In this document: positions 8,978 to 18,978 of the stretch, in pieces | How the letters are laid out: each line of letters starts with the position of its first letter | How positions within the stretch are numbered: position 1 is the stretch's first letter | DNA from: Candidatus Macondimonas sp. | Lineage (GTDB): Bacteria; Pseudomonadota; Gammaproteobacteria; UBA5335 | NCBI GenBank assembly: GCA_049645885.1 | Contig: JBARUT010000020.1 | Coordinates: 1-41,339 of the forward strand | Length of the DNA stretch: 41,339 nt | Reading direction: 5' to 3' | The notes under the pieces: generated by a model | Seen by the model: the letters and a program-made list of their open reading frames with translations, nothing else | The model's database searches: none | Told to the model about the DNA's origin: nothing | Translations under genes and position numbers: made by a program

Positions 8978-11425
8978 TCAGGCCAGGGAGGCGAGCGGTT
9001 CAAAGGCATGGGTGTCTTTTTCCTGCGCAACCAGGGTGGCCCATGGGTCGAACTGAGCATGGACCTGGGATTCATGGAAACGCTGCGCCAGCGCTTGGCG
9101 TCCTGGCGCATCTTCCACAATGCGCTGTTTCACGAAGTTCAATCCCACCCGCTCGATCCAGGGGGCGGTGCGTTCCAGATAGTGGGCATCCTCGCGGTAG
9201 AGTTGCAGGAAAGCGGCGGCGTATTCGGCCACCTCATCGGAAGTTTTGACGTGACATAGCAGATCCGTCGCGCGCACCTTGACACCGCCATTACCACCCA
9301 CATGCAGCTCGTAGCCTGAATCCACACAGACCACTCCAAAATCCTTGATGGTGGCTTCAGCGCAGTTGCGGGGACAGCCCGAGACAGCGAGCTTGACCTT
9401 GTGCGGTGTCCAGGTGCCCCAGGTCATCTTTTCCAGATCGATGCCCAAGCTGGTGGAGTCCTGGGTACCGAAGCGGCACCACTCCTTGCCGACACAGGTC
9501 TTGACCGTGCGCAGGGATTTGCCGTAGGCATGCCCGGAGACAAAACCCGCCTCATTGAGATCCGCCCACATGCGAGGCAGATCCTCTTTCTTGACGCCCA
9601 ACAAGTCGATGCGTTGCCCACCGGTGATCTTGACCGTGGGAACGGCGTATTTGTCCGCCACGTCGGCGATAGCCCGCAGTTCCTGGGCATTGGTCACCCC
9701 GCCCCAGATGCGGGGAACGACCGAGTAGGTACCATCTCGCTGGATGTTCGCGTGGGCGCGTTCGTTGATGAAACGGGATTGAGGTTCGTCCAAGGCCTCG
9801 CTGGGCCAGGCCGCAATCAGGTAATAGTTGATCGCTGGACGGCAGCTGGAACAGCCATCGGCGTTGCGCCATTCGAGGAACTGGCGCACCTGTTCGGCCG
9901 TGATGAGGTGATGGTCGCGAATCGCGGCCCGCACCTCGTCATGCGTGCGTTCAGTGCATTTGCACATCGACTTGCGGCTGGGCGTCGCGCTGTATTCACC
10001 CCCCAGGGTGGAAGCGAGAATCTGCTCCACAAGACCCGTACAGGATCCGCAAGAGGAGGAGGCCTTGGTATGTGCCCTGACCTCATCCAAAGTAAACAAT
10101 TTCTTCTCGGTGATCGCCTGGACGATGGTGCCCTTGCAGACACCATTGCAGCCGCAAATCTCGGCCGTATCAGGCAGGCTGGCGGCATTGGAGCTGCCAC
10201 CCCGGCCCGAGTCGCCCAGATGGGCCTGGCCGAAAAGCAGTATCTCGCGCATCTCGGAAACATCCGTGCGATCGCGCAGCAACTGGAAATACCAACTGCC
10301 ATCGCCGGTATCGCCATACAGGACGCTGCCCTTGATGCAGTTCGCCGCGTCCAGCACCAGCCGTTTGTAGACTCCGCGCCGGGGATCCTGGAAGACAATT
10401 TCCTGTGTCCCCTCGCCGCCGGAAAAATCCCCGGCGGAGAACAGATCGATGCCGGTGACCTTGAGCTTGGTGGCCGTCACCGAACCGGTGTAGCGGCCAT
10501 AACCCAAGCCTGCCAGGTGGTTGGCGCACACCTTCGCCTGCTCGTAGAGCGGCGCCACCAGGCCGTAGGCGATGCCTCGATGCTGCGCGCATTCCCCCAC
10601 CGCATAGATTGCGGGATCAAAGGTCTGCAGGGTATCGCTGACCACCACGCCACGCTCGCAATGCAGGCCCATCTGCTTGGCCAGCGTCACATTGGGGCGG
10701 ATGCCCACGGCCATCACCACGAGATCAGCGGGAATCTCGCTGTCATCCTTGAAGCGGACGCCAGTCACGCGCGATTCCCCCAGAATGGCTGCCGTCTGGG
10801 CACCCATGCGGAACTTGAGGCCCCGCTCTTCCAGGGACTTCTGCAACAGCGCGCCGGCGGGGCGATCCAGTTGCCGTTCCATCAGCGTGTCAGTCAGATG
10901 GATGACCGTGACGTCCATGCCGCGCTTGAGCAGGCCATTGGCAGCCTCCAGCCCGAGCAGGCCGCCGCCGATGACCACGGCATGGCGCTGTCCGGAGCGG
11001 GCCGCCTCCAACATCGCATCCACATCCTTGAAATCGCGGAAGGTCACGACCCCGGGCAGATCCTTGCCCGGCAGGGGAATGATGAAGGGATCCGAACCGG
11101 TGGCAAGCAGCAGGCGGTCGTAGGGGACCTCGGTGCCATCGGCGGACCGGACGCAACGGCGGCGGCGGTCCACTTCGGTTACCGCCTTGCCGGTCAGCAG
11201 GGTGATGCCATTCTCAGCGTACCAGGCGGCATCGTTGAGGACGATCTCCTCCGGCGTCTTTTCGCCGCACAGGACGGGGGACAACAGGATGCGGTTATAG
11301 TTGACGTGGGGCTCCGCGCCGAAGATGGTGATGTCGTACAGATCGGGGGCCAGCTTGAGCAGCTCCTCGACCGTCCGCACCCCGGCCATGCCGTTGCCCA
11401 CCACCACCAGTTTCCGCTTGCCCAT
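8978..11425 (-). CDS. nirB: NAD(P)H-dependent nitrite reductase large subunit
   Basis: VVGNGMAG FAD motif, GGGLLGLE, two BFD-like Cys clusters, siroheme/[4Fe-4S] ligands CVGKEWC and GCPRNC; GGAGG RBS upstream of ATG 11425. Confidence 0.95.
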   Translation of the reverse strand: MGKRKLVVVGNGMAGVRTVEELLKLAPDLYDITIFGAEPHVNYNRILLSPVLCGEKTPEEIVLNDAAWYAENGITLLTGKAVTEVDRRRRCVRSADGTEVPYDRLLLATGSDPFIIPLPGKDLPGVVTFRDFKDVDAMLEAARSGQRHAVVIGGGLLGLEAANGLLKRGMDVTVIHLTDTLMERQLDRPAGALLQKSLEERGLKFRMGAQTAAILGESRVTGVRFKDDSEIPADLVVMAVGIRPNVTLAKQMGLHCERGVVVSDTLQTFDPAIYAVGECAQHRGIAYGLVAPLYEQAKVCANHLAGLGYGRYTGSVTATKLKVTGIDLFSAGDFSGGEGTQEIVFQDPRRGVYKRLVLDAANCIKGSVLYGDTGDGSWYFQLLRDRTDVSEMREILLFGQAHLGDSGRGGSSNAASLPDTAEICGCNGVCKGTIVQAITEKKLFTLDEVRAHTKASSSCGSCTGLVEQILASTLGGEYSATPSRKSMCKCTERTHDEVRAAIRDHHLITAEQVRQFLEWRNADGCSSCRPAINYYLIAAWPSEALDEPQSRFINERAHANIQRDGTYSVVPRIWGGVTNAQELRAIADVADKYAVPTVKITGGQRIDLLGVKKEDLPRMWADLNEAGFVSGHAYGKSLRTVKTCVGKEWCRFGTQDSTSLGIDLEKMTWGTWTPHKVKLAVSGCPRNCAEATIKDFGVVCVDSGYELHVGGNGGVKVRATDLLCHVKTSDEVAEYAAAFLQLYREDAHYLERTAPWIERVGLNFVKQRIVEDAPGRQALAQRFHESQVHAQFDPWATLVAQEKDTHAFEPLASLA

Positions 11426-11464
11426 GCCGATTTGCCTCCAGAGCCTGAGTCGTAGAAGCCTTGA

Positions 11465-11480
11465 AGCAATATTTGCGCCA
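11465..11480 (-). promoter_or_regulatory. Sigma54 (-24/-12) promoter of nirB-nirD-nasA
   Basis: Minus strand reads TGGCGCAAATATTGCT (GG-N10-GC, close to the TGGCACG-N4-TTGCW consensus), about 40 bp upstream of the nirB start. Confidence 0.8.
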
Positions 11481-11771
11481 AAAATAAAAACCTCTTCCAA
11501 TCAGTCCCCTGCACCTCTCTTTACTTGCCGAAGGGAAGAATGGTCGCGATGATGCACATCAAGTGATCATTCTCTAGTTGGACCGCATCATGACAGAACA
11601 TTTCAGGACTTTCCGATCCAGGAAAATCAATAACTCAATAACTTACCTCTCATATTGGTCTGTTCTGCGGTAATCAGCCATGTCCAAGGCGAAAGATTTG
11701 CACACTTATGACTCGCGATGAACCGCAAGTGTGCGCTTTTTGGCATCGGAATCGCTGAATGGGTTACCAAG

Positions 11772-11788
11772 CGAACCAAAATGGGTCA
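11772..11788. promoter_or_regulatory. Possible NtrC-type enhancer site
   Basis: CGAACCAAAATGGGTCA matches 13 of 17 positions of TGCACCAAAATGGTGCA; about 300 bp upstream of the sigma54 promoter. Confidence 0.35.
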
Positions 11789-11858
11789 TTCCATCTTGCC
11801 GAGTTTTGCCGCCTCCAGAGTGCAGCCAGCCCCACGTGCATACCCAAGAACCAGGCAT

Positions 11859-11890
11859 AAAAAAACCCGACTCTTCGGAAGAGCCGGGTT
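11859..11890 (-). terminator. Rho-independent terminator after the OmpW-like pair
   Basis: Minus strand AACCCGGCTCTTCCGAAGAGTCGGGTT stem-loop running into a T tract, about 20 bp after the stop at 11911. Confidence 0.85.
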
Positions 11891-11910
11891 AATCCAAGAC
11901 CTCAGCGATC

Positions 11911-12756
11911 TTAGAAATTGAAGCCCAAGCCACCCTTCAGGCTGAGCATATCGAAACTCTCGACATCAACTTTATTGCCCTGGCGATCCTGCACTTCGGG
12001 GCTGTCAATGTAGCCATAGCGTCCCTCGATAAAAATATAGGACGATTGGGAAACGGTGAGCAGCGCGCCCAATTTGCCAACCACACCTATGTTCGTGGAA
12101 CCCTGCAGTTTCAACAGATCTCCGGAATCGGTCCAAGCCCGGCCATTGCGGAAGTTTCCAATCAATGGACCCAAACCTATGTAAGGGCTGATGAGCGCTT
12201 CGGGTGCGAAGGTATACACCACACTGAATGCCACCGGCAGGATGCCAGGTTGCAGCACGTTGACCTCGCCCGCGTTGTTATCGCCACCGATGACATCACC
12301 CGCACCCACATCATTGATCTGGATTTCCGGGAAAATGATGTCCAGTTCCACTTCGGTTCCGATGTGGTCGGTGAACTTGTAGCCCAGCGTCCCGCCAAAG
12401 GCGATCACGTCGACGTTCTCGGCGCGCTCTTCGCGGTTTTCCTGCGTGGCCCCGGAAATCTGGATCTTGACGACCCGGGCAATGGCGATGGTGCTGGTTT
12501 CCTGGGGGCCGTCAGCGCGCACCACGCCCGCGTCATCCCCCAGCTCAAACTTTGGCCCAAAAAAGCCGCCACCCACCTGCAGGTAAAACTCCCCCGCCCT
12601 GGGGCCCGCCGCATTGGCGGTCGGAACCAAGCCAACGCCAAACATGGCCAGCGCTATGGCTGCGAAAAAGCCAGCGGTCCGGCGATTGCGCTGGTACGGG
12701 CCAGCGCCGGGCTGCGAAACCTGCAAAACGTCCTTCATTGTGCGTTGATCATCCAT
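11911..12756 (-). CDS. OmpW/AlkL-like outer-membrane beta-barrel protein
   Basis: Signal peptide ending ANA|AGP, AGEFYLQVGGG first strand, GYKFTDHIGTEV, ISPYIGLG, C-terminal GGLGFNF beta-signal. Confidence 0.75.
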   Translation of the reverse strand: MDDQRTMKDVLQVSQPGAGPYQRNRRTAGFFAAIALAMFGVGLVPTANAAGPRAGEFYLQVGGGFFGPKFELGDDAGVVRADGPQETSTIAIARVVKIQISGATQENREERAENVDVIAFGGTLGYKFTDHIGTEVELDIIFPEIQINDVGAGDVIGGDNNAGEVNVLQPGILPVAFSVVYTFAPEALISPYIGLGPLIGNFRNGRAWTDSGDLLKLQGSTNIGVVGKLGALLTVSQSSYIFIEGRYGYIDSPEVQDRQGNKVDVESFDMLSLKGGLGFNF

Positions 12757-12830
12757 GTTGACAACTCCATATGCGCAAGCGGGATCCCCGGAGCGCGGTA
12801 TTCATGCCGCCGGATCGGCGACCCCCAAGG

Positions 12831-13724
12831 TCAGTTACCGCCTGCCACAAACGGCAGGATGGACCCCGGGAAGGTCATCCCGACGCCAAAGCGGATCTCG
12901 CGGATCTCCAGATCTTCGATTGCAATCGTGTTGCCCCGATCGTCTTCCAACTCCGGGCTGTCGATCAGGCCGTAGCGCAGTCCGACGCTCCCATACCAGT
13001 TGTCATTCAGGCGAAAGCGGGCGCCGGCATCCAACACATAGCCGATCTCGAAGCCGCCCTCGGCCGCGATGGTGTTAGAGGCCTCGTTGAACGTGACCCG
13101 GTTGCTCAGATCGGCGATCAGCAGACCGACACCCACGAATGGGCTGATGATGTTGTTGGGCAGGAAGGTGTAGATGCCCGAGGCGGCGATGGGGATGATG
13201 GCGGGGGCCGCGATCTTGATGCTGATCGTCTCGGGGTCATTGCTGATGACCCGACTGACAATGGGGCCTTCCAACAGGATGCGCGGCAGAGTCAGGCCCA
13301 GGCCCGCCTCTACGCCCAGGTGATCGGTGAACTGATAGCCCAGCCCGCCGTTGAGGGAAATCACACCGCGATTTTCGGGGTCGTCGGATTGCTGCCCCGG
13401 GGCATCGCCAGTGGTAATCGAAACCGGTAGGCGAAAGCCGATGGGCCCAATGCTGATTCTTGGAATGGCGATGTTCTGTTGCTGCTGGTTGGGGGCAATC
13501 GAGGGCTGGCTGGAATTTTCGAGATTGAATTCCGGGGTAAACAGTCCACCCCCCATTTCCACATAGATCTCGCCCGCCTTGGGGCCTGCTGCCTGCACCG
13601 GCAAAGTGAACGATGCTGCGAGCAACGCCGCAGCGAGCGACCATGACCGCTTATTATCTTGGGCAACAGGGCCGTACGCCTGTTGATTACCCACCGTCTG
13701 ACGCAATGACGGCATCCTTGTCAT
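12831..13724 (-). CDS. OmpW/AlkL-like outer-membrane beta-barrel protein (paralog of the downstream gene)
   Basis: Signal peptide ending VQA|AGP, AGEIYVEMGGG, GYQFTDHLGVEA, ISPFVGVG, YGLIDSPELED; GGAGG RBS. Confidence 0.75.
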   Translation of the reverse strand: MTRMPSLRQTVGNQQAYGPVAQDNKRSWSLAAALLAASFTLPVQAAGPKAGEIYVEMGGGLFTPEFNLENSSQPSIAPNQQQQNIAIPRISIGPIGFRLPVSITTGDAPGQQSDDPENRGVISLNGGLGYQFTDHLGVEAGLGLTLPRILLEGPIVSRVISNDPETISIKIAAPAIIPIAASGIYTFLPNNIISPFVGVGLLIADLSNRVTFNEASNTIAAEGGFEIGYVLDAGARFRLNDNWYGSVGLRYGLIDSPELEDDRGNTIAIEDLEIREIRFGVGMTFPGSILPFVAGGN

Positions 13725-14085
13725 CCTTCATTTCCTCCATGATTCAAGCGGAACCCCAATTGGCTCCCCATCCACTGAGCGACCCCGACGAACGGTGTTC
13801 TTGGCGACACACGGGCAGAGGGTACAATGACAGGACGTCTGCCCTGGCATCACCCGCGCAATGCATCGCAAGATCAACGTATCGCTTGACTAAAAGCGAG
13901 CTTCCCTGTTTGGGGAAACATTTTCCTAACCCTGGTTTAGGCTGAAGCGGCCGTCAATGGCTGCCTCGAGCCGATTTTTGAAAGAACCTTAGTGCAGCCC
14001 GGGATGATTTGCAAACAGGAATCGATCCGGGTGCGACATGCAATCACAGGTGGTTCGCCGCCGGCAGTCGATAAGCGGATCACGG

Positions 14086-14550
14086 TCAGAGCCGTAAACT
14101 CATCACCACCGCATCCTCGCGCCCGCCCTGGGCAGGATAGTAGCCACGGCGTTCACCCACCTTGCTGAAACCATGGCGATGATACAGCGCCATGGCCTGC
14201 TCGTTGGAAGGCCGCACTTCCAACAGCACCCGCTCGACTTGCCGCTTCCTGGCCAACTCAAGCATGCGGCCGAGCAAGCGGCCGCCCAGACCCAGCCCCT
14301 GATAACTGGGATCCACGCAGAGGTTGAGGATATGCGCTTCACCTGCGGCGATGGAGGTAATGCAATAGGCCCGCAGCGTGCCGAATTCTTCCAGCCCCCA
14401 GGCGGTATAACCGACCCGGAGGCAATCGCTAAAAATGCCCGTTGTCCAGGGAAACTCATAGGCACGGCGCTCGATCGCCATGATTGCGGGCAAATCCTGG
14501 AGGGTCAGGGGACGCTCCAGGATGCCGTCCCAGCGCTGGTGAGCGCTCAT
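14086..14550 (-). CDS. rimI: Ribosomal protein S18 alanine N-acetyltransferase
   Basis: YEFPW, EAHILNLCV, QGLGLG acetyl-CoA motif, LEVRPSN..A..LY, GYYP...REDA; ATGA overlap with the udg stop. Confidence 0.93.
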   Translation of the reverse strand: MSAHQRWDGILERPLTLQDLPAIMAIERRAYEFPWTTGIFSDCLRVGYTAWGLEEFGTLRAYCITSIAAGEAHILNLCVDPSYQGLGLGGRLLGRMLELARKRQVERVLLEVRPSNEQAMALYHRHGFSKVGERRGYYPAQGGREDAVVMSLRL

Positions 14551-15290
14551 GCCGAGGGTTGCTCCAAGAATCCGCGCACGGCCTTGAGATCCTCCCAGGC
14601 GCGCGCCTTCTCTTGCGGGGAACGCAGTAGGTAAGCGGGATGGTAAGTGACCCAGACCGGCCGCGAAGCCCCCAAATCTACGGGATCGAAGTGATGGAGC
14701 TGACCCCGCAGCCGGCTCAGGGGCGTCGTGACCTGCAGCAGGTTCTGCGCAGCGACGCGCCCCACCGCCAGAATCAGTTGTGGGTTGATCAAGGCAATCT
14801 GGCGGGCAAGAAACGGCCGGCAGGCGGCCGCCTGGGTGGGCGTGGGATCGGCATTGTTGGGTGGGCGGCACTTGAGAATATTGCAGATATAGACCTGCTC
14901 CCGGCCCAGACCAATGGCGCGCAGCATCTCATCGAGCAACCGCCCGGCTGGCCCGACGAAGGGTTCGCCTTGCCGATCTTCTTCAGCGCCCGGCGCTTCC
15001 CCCACGATCACCAAGCGGGCGCGGGGATCGCCCACGCCAAATACCGTCTGGGTGCGGCTGCGGCACAACTCACAAGCGGTGCATGCCGTCACCCGCGCGC
15101 GCAGCGCCTCCCAACCGAGTTCTTCAGTGGATGACTCGCGCTGATCCAGCGTCTGCCGAGCAGGCCGCCGGTCGTGGACTGGAGGTGCCTTCTCGATCAG
15201 CGGCAACGCGGGCTCAGGGATGCCGGCCGCGGGAACCCATTCAATGATCTCCAGAGCCGCCAGCGCGGCCCGATGCTGCCGGGCATCCAC
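14547..15290 (-). CDS. Uracil-DNA glycosylase family 4 ([4Fe-4S]) with N-terminal extension
   Basis: CTACELC, VFGVG, GEAPGAEEDRQGEPFVG, NILKCRPP, TYHPAYLLR; GTG start at 15290 preceded by GGAGG. Confidence 0.9.
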   Translation of the reverse strand: MDARQHRAALAALEIIEWVPAAGIPEPALPLIEKAPPVHDRRPARQTLDQRESSTEELGWEALRARVTACTACELCRSRTQTVFGVGDPRARLVIVGEAPGAEEDRQGEPFVGPAGRLLDEMLRAIGLGREQVYICNILKCRPPNNADPTPTQAAACRPFLARQIALINPQLILAVGRVAAQNLLQVTTPLSRLRGQLHHFDPVDLGASRPVWVTYHPAYLLRSPQEKARAWEDLKAVRGFLEQPSA

Positions 15291-15310
15291 AGGACAAGCC
15301 TCCGTCCGCT

Positions 15311-16852
15311 TCAAATCTCGCCGTACTGGGGGTGGGCTCGCGCTGCCGGATCCATGAGCTTGTTCAACGCGTTGAGATAGGCCTTGGCCGAAGCGAGGAT
15401 GATGTCCACGTCGGCTCCCTGCCCATTGACGATGCGCCCCTGGGCCGCGAGCCGAACCGTGACATCGCCCTGGGCGTCGGTGCCGGAGGTGATCGCATTC
15501 ACGGAATACAGCAGTAATTCCGCGTCCGCCGCGCAGCACTGGGCGATGGCCTTGAACACCGCGTCCACGGGACCCGCACCACTGGCTTCAAGTCTTCGTT
15601 CCTCGCCATTGACGCGCAAGGTGATCTCCGCGCGAGGAATCTCACCGGTCTCAGAACTGACCCGCAGCGCCACCAGATGCAAGTGTTCGTTGGCGCTGCT
15701 CCACTCCACATCGGTTACCAGCGCCAACAGGTCATCGTCGAAGATTTCGTGTTTCTTGTCCGCTAGCGCCTTGAAGCGCTGGAAAGCCTCATTGAGTTCA
15801 GTCTCGCTTTCAAGCGTCACGCCCAGTTCGTGCAAACGGGTGCGAAAGGCGTTGCGGCCGGAATGCTTGCCCAGCACGAGGCGGTTGGTGTCCCAGCCCA
15901 CATCCTGAGCGCGCATGATTTCGTAGGTTTCCCGGCTCTTGAGCACACCGTCTTGGTGGATGCCTGATTCATGGGCAAAGGCATTGGCGCCGACGATGGC
16001 CTTGTTGGGCTGCACGGGAAAACCCGTGATGGTCGACACCAGGCGCGAACACGGCACGATATGCGTGGTATCGATCCCCAGATTCAATTCATAAAAGTCG
16101 CGCCGGGTGCGGATCGCCATGACGATCTCCTCCAGCGCCGCGTTGCCCGCCCGCTCGCCCAGCCCGTTGAGGGTGCATTCCACTTGGCGCGCGCCCTGGC
16201 TGACCGCCGCCAGCGAATTGGCCACTGCGAGACCCAAGTCGTTGTGACAATGCACGGAAAATACCGCACGGTCGCTGTTGGGCACCTCTTCGATCAGACG
16301 ACGAATCAGGGCGCCGAACTGTTCGGGCACGCTATAGCCGACGGTATCGGGGATATTGACCGTGGTGGCACCCGCCTCGATCACCGCCTCGATGATGCGA
16401 CAGAGGAATTCCGGATCGGAGCGTCCGGCATCCTCCGGGGAGAATTCAACATCGTCGGTATATTGCCGAGCCCGCCGTACCGCCCACACCGCCTGCTCCA
16501 GCACCTGTTCCGGGCGCAGGCCGAGCTTGCGTTCCATGTGGATGGGGGATGTGGCGATGAAGGTATGGATGCGGCCGCGGGACGCTGGCTGCAAGGCCTC
16601 TGCAGCACGATCGATGTCCTCGGCCTTGGCGCGCGCCAAGCCGCAAACGATGCTCTCCCGCACCGTTTCGGCCACCGCACGCACCGCAGCGAAATCATCC
16701 GGGCTGGCGATGGGGAAGCCAGCCTCGATCACGTCCACCCGCAAGCGCTCCAGCGCAGTGGCGATGCGCAGCTTTTCTTCCCGCGTCATGGAGGCGCCGG
16801 GGCTCTGCTCGCCATCGCGCAGGGTGGTGTCAAATATCATCAGGCGTTGCAT
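15311..16852 (-). CDS. leuA: 2-isopropylmalate synthase
   Basis: [37 protein letters not shown]-terminal regulatory domain (GPVDA). Confidence 0.97.
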   Translation of the reverse strand: MQRLMIFDTTLRDGEQSPGASMTREEKLRIATALERLRVDVIEAGFPIASPDDFAAVRAVAETVRESIVCGLARAKAEDIDRAAEALQPASRGRIHTFIATSPIHMERKLGLRPEQVLEQAVWAVRRARQYTDDVEFSPEDAGRSDPEFLCRIIEAVIEAGATTVNIPDTVGYSVPEQFGALIRRLIEEVPNSDRAVFSVHCHNDLGLAVANSLAAVSQGARQVECTLNGLGERAGNAALEEIVMAIRTRRDFYELNLGIDTTHIVPCSRLVSTITGFPVQPNKAIVGANAFAHESGIHQDGVLKSRETYEIMRAQDVGWDTNRLVLGKHSGRNAFRTRLHELGVTLESETELNEAFQRFKALADKKHEIFDDDLLALVTDVEWSSANEHLHLVALRVSSETGEIPRAEITLRVNGEERRLEASGAGPVDAVFKAIAQCCAADAELLLYSVNAITSGTDAQGDVTVRLAAQGRIVNGQGADVDIILASAKAYLNALNKLMDPAARAHPQYGEI

Positions 16853-16907
16853 CGCGGATCCTCTTGCTGCTCCCATGCCGCTGCGGCTTTACTCCGGACG
16901 ATGCCGA

Positions 16908-17702
16908 TCATTCGCTGGTTACCGAATGGCTCTTGCGGTGCCGGCGCCGCAATACCGCTTGGACCATCCCGGTCAGCATGTAGCCAAAAAAACACAGAAA
17001 CAAGACCAGCGGCGGATTGAAGGCAATCAGGACCAGCACGCCAACCATCATCAACAAATAGCGAAACGGCACGCGTTCGGCCAGCTTGATGTCCTTGAAG
17101 CTGTAGTAGCGGATGCTGCTGACCATGAGCGCGCCGCCAGTGGCAGTTATCAGCGCCGCTGGAATACTCATCGACACCCCGCTGATCCCGGTGTCGGCGC
17201 ACACCCATACCAGTCCCGTGACCACGGCAGCTGCTGCCGGACTGGGCAGCCCCACGAAATAACGCCGGCTGATCTCGGAGGATTGCGTATTGAAACGGGC
17301 CAGTCGCAGGGCCGCCCCGACGGCATAGATAAAGGCTGCCAGCCAGCCCACCTGTCCCCAATGCCATCCGAAATGCGCCAGCTCCCGCAGTCCCCAGAGA
17401 TAAACGATCAAGGCAGGTGCCAGCCCGAAGCTGACCATGTCTGCCAAGCTGTCGTACTCACGCCCGAACGCGCTTTGGGTATGAGTCAGGCGCGCGACCC
17501 GGCCATCCAGCCCGTCCAATAGACCGGCCAGAAAAACAGCCACTGCAGCCTGCAGGAACAAGCCATCGATCGCCGCCACGATGCCGTAGAAGCCGCCAAA
17601 CAGCGTGCCGGTCGTGAGCAGGTTGGGCAGAAGATAGACGCCACGGCGGCGCGGGCGGTGTGGCGGCGAAGGCAGGGTGGGCTCATCCAAATCGGGATCC
17701 AT
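16908..17702 (-). CDS. pssA: CDP-diacylglycerol--serine O-phosphatidyltransferase
   Basis: CDP-alcohol phosphotransferase motif DGLDGRVAR...FGREYDSLADMVSFG, RLARFN, FVGLPSP; syntenic after ilvC. Confidence 0.93.
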   Translation of the reverse strand: MDPDLDEPTLPSPPHRPRRRGVYLLPNLLTTGTLFGGFYGIVAAIDGLFLQAAVAVFLAGLLDGLDGRVARLTHTQSAFGREYDSLADMVSFGLAPALIVYLWGLRELAHFGWHWGQVGWLAAFIYAVGAALRLARFNTQSSEISRRYFVGLPSPAAAAVVTGLVWVCADTGISGVSMSIPAALITATGGALMVSSIRYYSFKDIKLAERVPFRYLLMMVGVLVLIAFNPPLVLFLCFFGYMLTGMVQAVLRRRHRKSHSVTSE

Positions 17703-17889
17703 GGGCGTGACTCCTGTTTTGGAATATCTGAGATGTTGCTTGCAGTGCGCTCGCCAACATCATGATCTTGGCCCGGTTTCCCGGGATACGCTGGCCTTGG
17801 GGCACGCTGCGGACGTAAGGCCAGGACCGACCGGCCCATGCAGGTCCCACCGATCATCCGGAGGGACCCGCGACTATAGCCGTCGCCGA

Positions 17890-18978
<1,089 letters not shown>

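Noticed and set aside
6487..11455. Long plus-strand ORFs 6487..8199 (570 aa) and 9401..11455 (684 aa)
   Set aside because: Antisense shadows of nasA and nirB caused by GC-rich codon bias; no recognisable motifs.
11426..11464. ANTAR (NasT/NasR) twin-hairpin leader for nirB
   Set aside because: No twin hexaloop hairpins or terminator are visible between the sigma54 promoter and the start codon.
13920..13945. GCCTAAACC on the minus strand resembling part of a c-di-GMP-I riboswitch
   Set aside because: The upstream GCAAAC/GNRA stem and GACGCAAAG elements are missing.
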